Assembly: GCA_963762255.1 (NCBI GenBank)
Contig: CAVXKA010000002.1
Location: 352,001-416,000, forward strand
From: Candidatus Eiseniibacteriota bacterium
GTDB taxonomy: Bacteria > Eisenbacteria > RBG-16-71-46 > JABDJR01
DNA length: 64,000 nucleotides
Direction of reading: 5' to 3'
Position 1 is the stretch's first letter. Each line of letters starts with the position of its first letter. Shown here in pieces: positions 47,221-56,779 of this stretch. The notes under the pieces are model-generated. The model was given only the letters and a program-made list of their open reading frames with translations. It did not search any database and was not told where the DNA came from. The translations under genes were made by a program, and so were the position numbers.

Positions 47221-48237
47221 TCACTTCAGATAGCGGGCCTTGATCCCTCCCCAGCTCTCGCGCTCGACGGGATCCCCGAACCCGACCAGGATCACCCGGC
47301 TGTTCTCGCTGTCCAGGGCGAGCGAGTAGTAGCAGCATCCGGCCATGGTCGGGGTCATGTCGGTGATGACGGCCGAGGCGCAGTTCTGGTCGAAGTTCCA
47401 GCACCCGCCGAAACCATAGAAACACCAGGAGAGAACGCGTCGGTTGCCGGTGTCGGCGATGGTCAGACCGTAGCCCCCGCCCTCGCCGTAGTGCTCGGCC
47501 AGTCCCATGGGGCCGGACAGGTCGGTGGGGGGATCCCAGTCGGTCGCGAGCACGCCCTCCTCGGTGAAGGCCTGCACGCGGTCGGCAGCCCGGTCGGCCA
47601 CGTAGATCCGGCCGCCGCTGATGAGCACCCCGCTCGGCTCCAGGAACTGGCCCGGGTCGCTCCCCTCACTCCCCCAGGCACCCAGGAGCGTCCCATCGAG
47701 CGCGAACTTCAGCACCCGGTGGTTGCCGGTGTCACCGACCACCACATACTCCCTGGCATCGAGAAAGAGCGGATCGAGAAGCTGGCCGCCCCCCGACCCC
47801 CGGCTCCCCCACGCGCGCACGAACGTGCCGTCACGCGTGAACACCTGGATCCGTCCGTTCCCGGAATCGAGGACATAGAGGTTGCCGTCGCCTCCCAGAG
47901 CGACATCCGTGGGGGATTGGAATTCCCCCGTCTCCGAGCCCGCGGTCCCCCAAGCGGTGATGAGGGCCCCAAAGACGTAGTACCTGGCGACGCGATGATG
48001 CCTGGTATCCGCAACGAAAACGTCGCCGGTGACCACGTCGAAGCACATGCCCACGGGGCGATCCAACCCCTCCTGGAGGGGGTCGAGTATGTCGTCGTCG
48101 CAGTCCGCCGACCCCATCGCGCACGTCTGCGCGGCGAGCGGCGGAACGGCGACGAGCATCACGATGATCATGACCAGCGGGGGGAAACTGCGCCAGAACA
48201 CGGCACGACTCGAGCACCCCAGGGAACGGACTCCCAC
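47221..48237 (-). CDS. Secreted NHL-repeat beta-propeller protein with C-terminal SWGxIK tail
   Basis: Repeated WG..G...GQF..P....VAD.GN.RV units, signal peptide, ends PVERESWGGIKARYLK. Confidence 0.85.
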   Translation of the reverse strand: MGVRSLGCSSRAVFWRSFPPLVMIIVMLVAVPPLAAQTCAMGSADCDDDILDPLQEGLDRPVGMCFDVVTGDVFVADTRHHRVARYYVFGALITAWGTAGSETGEFQSPTDVALGGDGNLYVLDSGNGRIQVFTRDGTFVRAWGSRGSGGGQLLDPLFLDAREYVVVGDTGNHRVLKFALDGTLLGAWGSEGSDPGQFLEPSGVLISGGRIYVADRAADRVQAFTEEGVLATDWDPPTDLSGPMGLAEHYGEGGGYGLTIADTGNRRVLSWCFYGFGGCWNFDQNCASAVITDMTPTMAGCCYYSLALDSENSRVILVGFGDPVERESWGGIKARYLK

Positions 48238-48260
48238 GACGTTGCCCCCTTCCTCGGCGG

Positions 48261-49928
48261 CTACATCTTCTCGCGGATGCTCAACCGCCGGATGCGTGTG
48301 TGCAGGTGCTGGCGGCTCACGCCGAGGAGTCGCGCCGCCTGAGAGATGTTGTTCCCCGACTCGCGGAGCGCGTCGAGAATGGCCGCCTCCTCCGCCCGCT
48401 CCAGCGTCTCCTTGAGCGTCCCCTGCCGCGCCGGACGTGTCGAGGTCCTCGCGGCGATCGCGGGTAGGAGATCCTGCGGCTCGATCTTGTCGGACAGCGC
48501 GAGCGCTCCCGCGCGCTCGATCGCGTTCACCAACTCACGCACGTTTCCGGGCCACAGGTGCGTCAAGAGCACGCGCCGCGCTTCGCGGCCGAAGGTCAGG
48601 TTTGGACGGTGGGCCCGCTCCCGCACTCGGTCCAGCGCATGCTCGCCCAAGAGCAGGACGTCCTCCCCACGCTCGCGCAGCGGAGGCAGGACGATGGTCA
48701 CCACGTTCACACGGTAGTAGAGATCCTCGCGAAACCGGCCCTCATCCACTTCGTGGGCAAGGGTCTTGTGGGTCGCCGCGATGAAGCGCACATCCACTTT
48801 GCGCTCGACGTTCTCGCCCAACCGACGCACGGTGCCTTCCTGCAGGACGCGCAGGAGCTTGACTTGCAGCTTGGAGGTCAGCTCGCCGATCTCGTCCAGG
48901 AAAAGCGTCCCCTTGTCGGCCGCCTCCACGAGTCCGGCATGATCGCGGTCGGCGCCGGTAAAGGCGCCCCGCCGATACCCGAAAAGCTCGCTCTCCAAGA
49001 GCGGTTCCGGGAGGGCGCCGCAGTTCACCGGTACGAAGTTCGCTTCCCGGCGCGGACCATTGAAGTGCAGCGCCTGCGCCACCAGTTCCTTGCCGGTTCC
49101 GGTCTCTCCCTCGAGCAGCAGGGTGACCGCGTTCCCCACTACGCGGTCGAGAACCATGAAGACCTTCTCCATCGCCGGGCTCTCGCCGATGATCTGATCC
49201 CAACCGGTGCGGCGGCCCAGAGCCTGCTTGAGCGATCGGTTCTCCGCTTGCAGCGACTCGGCCTCTTCCTCCAGCCGCTGGCGATGAGCCGCCGTCTCGA
49301 GGGCGATGCCCGCCTGAGCGGCAAAGGCCTCCAGGATCTCGACCCCCTCCCGCTCCAGGAGTCCGGCAACGCTCTGGCTATCCACGTAAAGCGCGCCCGC
49401 CGGACCGTCGGGGCCGGGCATCGGGACACAAACCACGGTGCGCAGGGAGAGTTGCCGAACCGAGCGGCGCGACTTGAAGTCGGGGTTATTCAGCGCGTCC
49501 GAAACGTAGAGGGTCCGCCCCTGGTCGAGCACGCGGTCGAGGATCGTGTGGCTGACGTCGGCGATCGCGGCGGGGTCGCCCGGCGTGCCGTCCTTGGTGC
49601 GCGATGCCACCGTGACTAACCTGCCCAACTCATCGCATTTCAGACAATAGGCGCGATCGGCTCCAGTGATATCGAGAGCATGGATGAGGATGCGCTCGAG
49701 GAGCTCCTCGACCCGACCGATACGGTTCAGGGCGCGGGCGGTCTCCACCAGGAGGAGGAGCTTTCGCCGGCCTTCCTCAAGGACGCGCGCTCTCTCCTCC
49801 GTGCGCTGCAGGGCAGGGATGAGATCGCGCTTCTCCGCCGCCTCCACCGCCCGCGAGGCCTGGCTCAGCAGATCCTCCGGATCGGGGAGGTCGTCGGATC
49901 CCTTCGGTTCAGGGTCGGGTGGGCGCAT
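48261..49928 (-). CDS. sigma54-dependent enhancer-binding protein, GAF + AAA+ + Fis HTH
   Basis: GAF domain (LRTVVCVP...GALYVD), [30 protein letters not shown]...AA.LLG.SR. Confidence 0.93.
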   Translation of the reverse strand: MRPPDPEPKGSDDLPDPEDLLSQASRAVEAAEKRDLIPALQRTEERARVLEEGRRKLLLLVETARALNRIGRVEELLERILIHALDITGADRAYCLKCDELGRLVTVASRTKDGTPGDPAAIADVSHTILDRVLDQGRTLYVSDALNNPDFKSRRSVRQLSLRTVVCVPMPGPDGPAGALYVDSQSVAGLLEREGVEILEAFAAQAGIALETAAHRQRLEEEAESLQAENRSLKQALGRRTGWDQIIGESPAMEKVFMVLDRVVGNAVTLLLEGETGTGKELVAQALHFNGPRREANFVPVNCGALPEPLLESELFGYRRGAFTGADRDHAGLVEAADKGTLFLDEIGELTSKLQVKLLRVLQEGTVRRLGENVERKVDVRFIAATHKTLAHEVDEGRFREDLYYRVNVVTIVLPPLRERGEDVLLLGEHALDRVRERAHRPNLTFGREARRVLLTHLWPGNVRELVNAIERAGALALSDKIEPQDLLPAIAARTSTRPARQGTLKETLERAEEAAILDALRESGNNISQAARLLGVSRQHLHTRIRRLSIREKM

Positions 49929-50078
49929 GGCGCCTCCGGAGGTGAAATCCATGGATGAACGGCAGGCGACCGACATCCGAGAGAATGTTCAGCAAGAATA
50001 TGCGATCCGGGGGCTATTGTAAACAATCGTTGACGGTGTGGGGCATTTGACCCGGGAAACCAAGGGATGGTGCGCCGA

Positions 50079-51437
50079 TCAGGCGGCGCGGTCGAGTTCC
50101 TCGGGTTCCGTTCCGGCCAGCCCCTGCCGTGTCATGCGGTAGCGCAAGGCGCCGCGTCCCAGCCCGAGGAGCCGGGCCGCTTCGCTCACGTTACCGCCGG
50201 CGACTCGAAGAGCCTCTGCGATGGCCCGACGCTCGATCGCCTCCCACGGCACAGGTCCCCCGGAGAAGTCGATCAGGATCCCTCCTGCCGAGGAGCGGTC
50301 GGACGGGAACGCGACGTCCTTCAGGACATCCTCCTCCGGTGGGGTGAGGAGAGCGAGCCGTTCCATGAGGTTGCGGATTTCCCGCACGTTGCCCGGCCAC
50401 GGGTATCCGGCGAACTTGCTCTCGAGGCCGGGGGACAGTCGGAGCGGCCGGCGGCGCAGGCGGCGCGACGAGTCCTCCAAGAACGTCTGGGCCAGAATCC
50501 ATGCATCGCCTTCGCGCTCGCGCACCGGCGGCAGCTCCACGCGCACGACGTCGAGGCGGAAGTACAGGTCGGCGCGGAACCGTCCCTCGCGCACTTCGGC
50601 AACGAGATCGCGGTTGGTGGCGGCGATGAGGTGGGCGTCGAGCACGATCTCCTCGCGTCCCCCCACGCGGCGAAGGCGCCGCGAATCGAGCACGCGCAGG
50701 AGCTTCGATTGCAGGCCCAGGTCCAGCTCCCCGATCTCATCCAGGAACGCTGTTCCGCCCTGCGCAAGCTCCAGGAGTCCGAGCTTGCCCCGCCGCGCGT
50801 CGGTGAAGGCTCCTTGCTCGTGGCCGAAGAGTTCACTCTCGAGAAGGTTTGCTGGAATCGACGCGCAGTCGACTTCCACGAATGCCCCGTGCGCGCGGGG
50901 CCCCAGCGCGTGGATGCGGCGCGCGGCGATCTCCTTGCCGGTTCCGCTCTCGCCGGTGATGAGGACGCTCGACGGGGCGCCCGCAGCGATGCGCTCGAGC
51001 ATGGTGCGCATGCGCACCATCGCTTCCGAGTCGCCGATCATGGGCGGCGCACCGGCGAGCACCCTCCCCCGCTCGCGACTCTGCCACACGCGGGAGGCCA
51101 GGGAGAGCGCCTCGCGGTCCAGCGACGCGCGGGGCAGCAGCCCGCGCGGGTGGCGGGCGGCGGCGAGCCGATCGATCTCGGACTGCTCCGCCGGCGCGAT
51201 CCAGACCTTTTGAGCGCGCGACGGCGCCTCGTCGAGTGCCGACACCAGGCGGTCCATGCCTGGATCGGGAGCGCCGGTCAAGAGCGCCAGGGCGGGGTCG
51301 GCCCCTGCCCGCACCGACTCGGCGGCACCCTCCGCGCGCGAGAAAGCGAGCACGTGATGTCCTTCGTGCTGTAGCGCGAGACGCACGCGCTCGCGCAGCG
51401 CCTCTTCCGGCTCGACGACGAGAATGGTCAGCGGCAT
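50079..51437 (-). CDS. NtrC-like sigma54 activator with degenerate receiver domain
   Basis: GESGTGKE, GAFTDA, FLDEIG, WPGNVRE, Fis HTH. The N-terminal REC-like region lacks the acidic pocket. Confidence 0.9.
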   Translation of the reverse strand: MPLTILVVEPEEALRERVRLALQHEGHHVLAFSRAEGAAESVRAGADPALALLTGAPDPGMDRLVSALDEAPSRAQKVWIAPAEQSEIDRLAAARHPRGLLPRASLDREALSLASRVWQSRERGRVLAGAPPMIGDSEAMVRMRTMLERIAAGAPSSVLITGESGTGKEIAARRIHALGPRAHGAFVEVDCASIPANLLESELFGHEQGAFTDARRGKLGLLELAQGGTAFLDEIGELDLGLQSKLLRVLDSRRLRRVGGREEIVLDAHLIAATNRDLVAEVREGRFRADLYFRLDVVRVELPPVREREGDAWILAQTFLEDSSRRLRRRPLRLSPGLESKFAGYPWPGNVREIRNLMERLALLTPPEEDVLKDVAFPSDRSSAGGILIDFSGGPVPWEAIERRAIAEALRVAGGNVSEAARLLGLGRGALRYRMTRQGLAGTEPEELDRAA

Positions 51438-52579
51438 CAGTGCGGTCCTCCGCCTTGAGCGGCCGATCGGAACCGCTCCTCCTGCTTCTTGAGGTAGACA
51501 TTCTGCGGATCGAGGACCAGCGCCTTCTTCGCAAGATCGAGCGCCTTGCCGGCCTCTCCGCGCGCGAACTGGATCTCGGCCAAGGTGTCGAGGACCTGCC
51601 ACGAGTTGGGCTGGAGCGACAGCGCCTCCTGAGCCAATCGGTACGCCTCGTCGAGGTTCACGCGACGCTCCGCGTAGAACCAGGCGAGGCCGTTGCGCGG
51701 GTCGGGATCCCGCGGGGACGCGTCGATGGCGTTGCGATAGAGGTGGATCACCCGTGCGTACTCGCGGTCGGCTCGAGTTCGATCCTCGGCGGCGAGCGCG
51801 TCATCCCCGAGGCGGGCGTGAACACCGGGCAGAAACGTGCGCGCGTGCAGCGAGTAGAGACGGGCGAGTTCGGCGATCGGGCTCTCGGAGTCGTCCACGC
51901 GGAGGTCCACGTAGCGATCGTTGCCCCCTTGGTACCCGCCCTTGGCCTTCACCACGAGCAGAGCGGCGGACTGCTTGCCGCGCCGATCCCCTCCCGCTTC
52001 GTCCCCTGCGGCCAACGCAGCCAGCAAGCGCTCGGAGAGGCTTCCTTCCGCGATCTGGAATGCCTTCGCCATCGCGTCGGCCACGTCCGGCCCGGCCAGG
52101 ATGTTGCCCTGAATCGCGAATCCGGGGCCGCGAAGCCCGCCTGCCCAGCTCTCGCAGCGCTCGCCGGTGAAGGTCGCAGAAGCCCCGTGGGCGTCCACCA
52201 CACCGACCTGACGCGTCGCACGCTGCGGATCGCCATCGATGAGCAGGTCCAGAACCTGAGCCGCGGAAAGTCCCTTCTCAAGCGACTCAAGGCCAAGAGG
52301 CCCAAAATGCGTATTGGCAACCGCTTGAGTCGCGATCGCCCCCACCCCGGCCCGAGCCCACGGAACCACCGAACCGACGGCCAGGAAACGGGACGCGACC
52401 GCCACTCCCCACTCACCCTCGGCCGTATCGCAAGCCACGATCGAAAACGTGGCGACACCGGGGAGCGGCGGAGGCAACGCGAGAGACGGCGCCGCGAGAG
52501 AGGCGGCCCCAACGGCAACGATGAGCGCAAGCGGCAGCAGAGCGGCCGCGGACGCGATCGGGTTTCGCACGGTTCGCAT
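51437..52579 (-). CDS. Exported DUF1028 Ntn-hydrolase-like protein with TPR C-terminus
   Basis: Signal peptide then TFSIVA, GAIATQ, QGNIL, GGDRRGKQSAA, DLRVDD, TPRs (LDTLA). Confidence 0.88.
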   Translation of the reverse strand: MRTVRNPIASAAALLPLALIVAVGAASLAAPSLALPPPLPGVATFSIVACDTAEGEWGVAVASRFLAVGSVVPWARAGVGAIATQAVANTHFGPLGLESLEKGLSAAQVLDLLIDGDPQRATRQVGVVDAHGASATFTGERCESWAGGLRGPGFAIQGNILAGPDVADAMAKAFQIAEGSLSERLLAALAAGDEAGGDRRGKQSAALLVVKAKGGYQGGNDRYVDLRVDDSESPIAELARLYSLHARTFLPGVHARLGDDALAAEDRTRADREYARVIHLYRNAIDASPRDPDPRNGLAWFYAERRVNLDEAYRLAQEALSLQPNSWQVLDTLAEIQFARGEAGKALDLAKKALVLDPQNVYLKKQEERFRSAAQGGGPH

Positions 52580-52693
52580 GGGTTTTACGGGTCCCCTCCT
52601 CACCCGGTTATCGGCACTCCGGGCTGAAACTCGACACCCGACTCGTGGACCCGGGGCGCGCCTTCCGGAGGCCCGCCGGCCCGCTCCGGGCGG

Positions 52694-53506
52694 TCAGCGA
52701 CCCACCGGAGGAAGACCCGCCATCGTCTCCAGCCCGGTGAGGAGGTCGACCATCTCGGCGTGGAATCGGCCATTGCTTCCGACGAGGTGGCGCGCGCGCG
52801 GATCGAAGGTCTCGCCGAAGTAGCCGGTCACGCGACCGCCTGCCTCCTCGACCACCAGCGCCCCCGCAGCCACGTCCCAGGGTTGGAGCTTCTCTTCCCA
52901 GTAGCCGTCGAGCCGCCCGCACGCCACCTGGCAGAGATCGAGCGCCGCGGATCCTCCGCGGCGGATTCCCTGAGCGAGCTTGGCGAAGGCGGCGAACTGG
53001 GTGAGGTTGTCGCGGCGCGTCGTGCGCATGTCGTACGGGAAGCCGGTGGCGAGGAGGGCCCGGTCGAGGGTTCCCGTCGCGCTCACGCGGATCGACTGGC
53101 CGTTCAGCGTCGCGCCGCCGCCCTTCACCGCGGTGAAGGTCTCGCCGCGTGTGGGATCGTGTACCACTCCCAGCACGCGCTCGCCGGCCCGCTCGAGGCC
53201 GATCGAGACCGAGAACACGGGATAGGTGTGAGCGAAGTTGGTGGTGCCGTCGAGAGGATCCACGATCCAGCGCAGGTCCGAGTCGCGCTCGGTCCCGGTT
53301 CCTTCCTCGGCGAGGATCGATGCTTCGGGAAGGATCGCGCCGAGGCGCTTCACAAGAAAGGCCTCCGATTCCCGGTCGGCCTCGGTGACGAGGTCCACCT
53401 CGCCCTTGTACTCGACCGCGCGGAGCCGGCCCAGTTTGCCGAGGAGAAGAACCCCCGCCTCCCCCGCCACCGCGTTCACCGCTTCCGCCATGCGCAGCAG
53501 ATCCAT
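52694..53506 (-). CDS. suhB: Inositol monophosphatase family protein
   Basis: LVTEAD, EE, WIVDPLDGTTNF, GSAALDL, WDVAAG. Confidence 0.9.
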   Translation of the reverse strand: MDLLRMAEAVNAVAGEAGVLLLGKLGRLRAVEYKGEVDLVTEADRESEAFLVKRLGAILPEASILAEEGTGTERDSDLRWIVDPLDGTTNFAHTYPVFSVSIGLERAGERVLGVVHDPTRGETFTAVKGGGATLNGQSIRVSATGTLDRALLATGFPYDMRTTRRDNLTQFAAFAKLAQGIRRGGSAALDLCQVACGRLDGYWEEKLQPWDVAAGALVVEEAGGRVTGYFGETFDPRARHLVGSNGRFHAEMVDLLTGLETMAGLPPVGR

Positions 53507-53622
53507 CGTGTCCTCCCCCGTGATTCGAGGTCGAGGATGGTAGCCCCGTGGCTCGGGTTTCGCTAATGGCGAATTCTCCCTTCGCGGGTGACGCGCTGCA
53601 ACGGCGGCGGTAGAGTCCCCGC

Positions 53623-55689
53623 ATGCAACGCGATCTGCGGCCTTTGTTCTTCCCGAAATCGGTGGCGGTGGTGGGCGCTTCGTCGCGTCCCTCCTCCCTT
53701 GCCGGCGCCGTGCTGCGCAACCTGGTGGCCGGGCGCTTTCCCGGAACGGTCCAGGTCGTGCATCCGAAAGAGAGCGAGGTGCACGGCGTGCGCGCCGTGG
53801 CGGGGCTCGAGGATCTCGACCCGGCGCCCGAGATGGCGGTGATCGGTGTCGCCCCCGACAAGGCCGAGGCCGCCATCCTGCACCTGCTCGAGCGGGGCAC
53901 TCGCGCGTTCGTGCTGCTCACCGCGGGGTTCGGCGAGACCGGACCCGAGGGTCGCGCGCGCGAGCTGAGCCTGGCGGCGCGCTGCCGCGAACGCGGAGCG
54001 GTGCTCATGGGTTCGAACTGTATGGGGCTCCACTGCGTGACCGAGACCTATCGCCTGGACGCGAGCTTCTCGCGGGTGACCCCGGCGCCGGGACACGTCG
54101 CCCTCATCTCTCAGAGCGGGTCGATCGGCGAGTGGCTCTTCCTGCGCATGACCGAGCGCAGGATCGGCGCTGCCTTCTATGCAAGCGCCGGCAACATGGC
54201 CGACCTCACCGTGCCCGATCTCCTGGAGGGTGTGGCCTCTCTTCTTCCCGGCGTGGAGCAGGTGCTTCTCTATCTCGAGACGATCCCTCCCGCGGCGCGC
54301 CTTCGCGAGGCGGCGGCCGCGCTGCGCCCCGGTGTGCGGCTCATGGTCGTGCGAGGGGGCACCACAGGGTCCGGGAGCCGCGCCGTGGGCGGACACACCG
54401 GCGCGCTCGCCGCCGAGCCCGCGCTCTCCGAGGCGCTCATGCGCGGAATCGACGCCGAGGAAATCTACTCGCTCACCGAGACGATGGACCTGATCGAGGT
54501 GATCGACCGGTTGGGCGCGCCGCGCGGCCGCCGCGTGGCGCTGGTGACCAACGCCGGCGGGCCCGCCGTCCTCGCCGCCGACGAGCTCGCCCGCATGGGG
54601 ATCGAACTCGGCGAGATCTCGGGGGGGCTTCAGGCGGAGATGCGGACCGCGCTCCCGATGGCCGCGGTGACCGCAAACCCGGTGGATCTCCTCGCCTCGG
54701 CGGGGCCGGAGGAGTATCGGCACGCGCTTCAACTCTTGAGCAGGTCCGGCGAGCTCGACGCGCTGCTCCCCATGTTCATGCACCCCATCGTGACCGATGC
54801 CCACGCGGTGGCGCGGGTGTTCGCCGAGGTGCTGGCCGGCGCGCCCGTCCCGTCAGTCCCCTGCTTCATGGTCGCGCCCGTGGACGACGCGGCCACGGAG
54901 ACGATTCGCGACGCCGGCCTTCCGGTGATCGGGGAACCCAATCGCGCGGCGCGCGCGCTCGCGCGTTGGGCGCAGCCCCCCTCGCCGGACCGCGCCGAGT
55001 GGCCCTCGGCCGGTGACCGGCGCTGGCCGTCACCCGCGCCTTCTCTGGGAGGCTCGATCTGGGGCGATCCCGCCGTACTGGAGGGCTTCCTCGCTTCATC
55101 GTCCGCCTCCACCGCCGAGTCCGGCCGATGCGCGGGCTACGAGGAAGCGCGCATGTTGGTCCGCGCGATGAGGGCGCCGCTCGCGCTCAAGATCGAGCGC
55201 GGCTCGGATCCGCACAAGGCGCGCGCGGGTCTTCTCGCCATGGCCCGCACCGACGACGAGGCGGAGGCGGCTCTGAACCGGCTGCGGACCCTGGAGCGTG
55301 GCGGGGACCGGTGGCTGGTGCAACGCCTTGTTCCGCGCGGGTTCGAGATCTACGCGTCGTTCCTCAGACACCCCGAACTCGGCCCCTTCGTGGGTCTCGC
55401 CCGCGGCGGAAGCGCGGTCGAGCGAGGCGCGCCGCCGGTGTGGCTCTCCCTCCCCGCCTCGGCGGGACAAGCCGAGGCGTTCTTCGTCCGCGCGACGTTC
55501 CTGCGGGAGTTGGGCGAGGCCGACGATCCCGGCCCCGCGGCCGCGCGCGCGCTGGTCGCGGCGCTGGCACGACTGGCCGGGGACGCGCCGGAAGCGACGA
55601 TGGCGGAAGTGAATCCTGCCATCTGGGATCCGGACGCGGAGCGACTCGTTCTGGTCGACGTCCGCTGGCAACTCAGCGCGGATCGCTAG
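53623..55689 (+). CDS. ADP-forming acetate/acyl-CoA synthetase family (fused alpha-beta)
   Basis: P.SVAVVGAS, AGF.E, G.NC.G, SQSG, HTGALA, TNAGG, NPVD. C-terminal ATP-grasp is divergent. Confidence 0.85.
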   Translation: MQRDLRPLFFPKSVAVVGASSRPSSLAGAVLRNLVAGRFPGTVQVVHPKESEVHGVRAVAGLEDLDPAPEMAVIGVAPDKAEAAILHLLERGTRAFVLLTAGFGETGPEGRARELSLAARCRERGAVLMGSNCMGLHCVTETYRLDASFSRVTPAPGHVALISQSGSIGEWLFLRMTERRIGAAFYASAGNMADLTVPDLLEGVASLLPGVEQVLLYLETIPPAARLREAAAALRPGVRLMVVRGGTTGSGSRAVGGHTGALAAEPALSEALMRGIDAEEIYSLTETMDLIEVIDRLGAPRGRRVALVTNAGGPAVLAADELARMGIELGEISGGLQAEMRTALPMAAVTANPVDLLASAGPEEYRHALQLLSRSGELDALLPMFMHPIVTDAHAVARVFAEVLAGAPVPSVPCFMVAPVDDAATETIRDAGLPVIGEPNRAARALARWAQPPSPDRAEWPSAGDRRWPSPAPSLGGSIWGDPAVLEGFLASSSASTAESGRCAGYEEARMLVRAMRAPLALKIERGSDPHKARAGLLAMARTDDEAEAALNRLRTLERGGDRWLVQRLVPRGFEIYASFLRHPELGPFVGLARGGSAVERGAPPVWLSLPASAGQAEAFFVRATFLRELGEADDPGPAAARALVAALARLAGDAPEATMAEVNPAIWDPDAERLVLVDVRWQLSADR

Positions 55690-56779
55690 CGGGGTCGTCG
55701 GGCCCAAGCGAACACGGGGCCCGATCGCGGCGCTTCGTCTCCACCTGCAGCGTGGTGTGGGTGATGTGGAAACGCTCTTCGAGGAGTCGCCTCGCTTCGC
55801 CGAGGATGCGATCGGTGTGGGCGAGTTGTTCCGGCCGGACCATCAAGTGGGTGGAGAGTGCGTGAACCTGCGAGGTGAGGCTCCAGACGTGCAGGTCGTG
55901 CACGTCGTCCACGCCTTCCACGCTCAGCATGGCCTCGCGCACGGCCTCGATGTTCACGTCGCGGGGGACCGACTCCAGAAGCACATCGACCGCCTCACGC
56001 AGCAGACGATAGGCGCCGTACACCACCACCCCGGCGAGCAGGAGGCTGGCGACGGAATCGAGCCACCACCACGACGTGAGCGCCATGGCGACGGCGGCGA
56101 TCAGCACCAGGACCGAGCTCGCCCCGTCGGCGGCCGCATGCCATAGCGCGGCCCGCGTGTTCAGGCCCCCGTGGGCCCGGTGGAGCCACCTCACCGAGAG
56201 GAGATTGGCCAGGAGCCCGGCGGCCGCGACCGGGATCAGAATCCCCACCCGGACCGGGGCCGGGGCGGCGAAGCGGTGCCAGGCTTCGACCACGATCCCC
56301 ACTGCCAACGCCGTCAGAAGGATCCCGTTGGCCATGGCACTCAGGATCTCCAGGCGGTAGTAGCCGAAGGTGCGCTTGCCGGTCGGAGGGAGGGCGGCGA
56401 AGCGGATCGCCGCGCCGGCGAGTCCAAGTGCGAGCAGATCGGTGAGCATGTGTGCGGCGTCGGAGAGGAGCGCGAGGGAGCGTGCGGCGAGGCCGCCCGC
56501 GACCTCGGCGAGAAAGAGCACGAGGGTGACGAGGAGCGCCCGCTTGAGTGCGCGCCGCTCGCCCGGTGACGATTCCCGCCGATGGGAGGAGCGGACGGAG
56601 GTGCGGGGAAGCGCGCCCGAGGCAAGGCGACGGGGCCGGCGGCGGGATCGGCCGGACAAGGAGGGCTGAAGCTGGCCGATCCCGCGATACCGGCCCCGAA
56701 GCGTTGCCGAGTCGCGGTACGCGTGTTCTACCCTCGCGCCCCTCGATGAGTTCCCGCGATCCGGGAGACGGCGGCTCAT
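55673..56779 (-). CDS. Cation diffusion facilitator (ZitB/CzcD-like); true start probably internal
   Basis: SLALLSDAAHMLTD, TFGYYRLEIL, H..AD, VHDLHVW, HTTLQ.E. Confidence 0.9.
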   Translation of the reverse strand: MSRRLPDRGNSSRGARVEHAYRDSATLRGRYRGIGQLQPSLSGRSRRRPRRLASGALPRTSVRSSHRRESSPGERRALKRALLVTLVLFLAEVAGGLAARSLALLSDAAHMLTDLLALGLAGAAIRFAALPPTGKRTFGYYRLEILSAMANGILLTALAVGIVVEAWHRFAAPAPVRVGILIPVAAAGLLANLLSVRWLHRAHGGLNTRAALWHAAADGASSVLVLIAAVAMALTSWWWLDSVASLLLAGVVVYGAYRLLREAVDVLLESVPRDVNIEAVREAMLSVEGVDDVHDLHVWSLTSQVHALSTHLMVRPEQLAHTDRILGEARRLLEERFHITHTTLQVETKRRDRAPCSLGPDDPASDPR

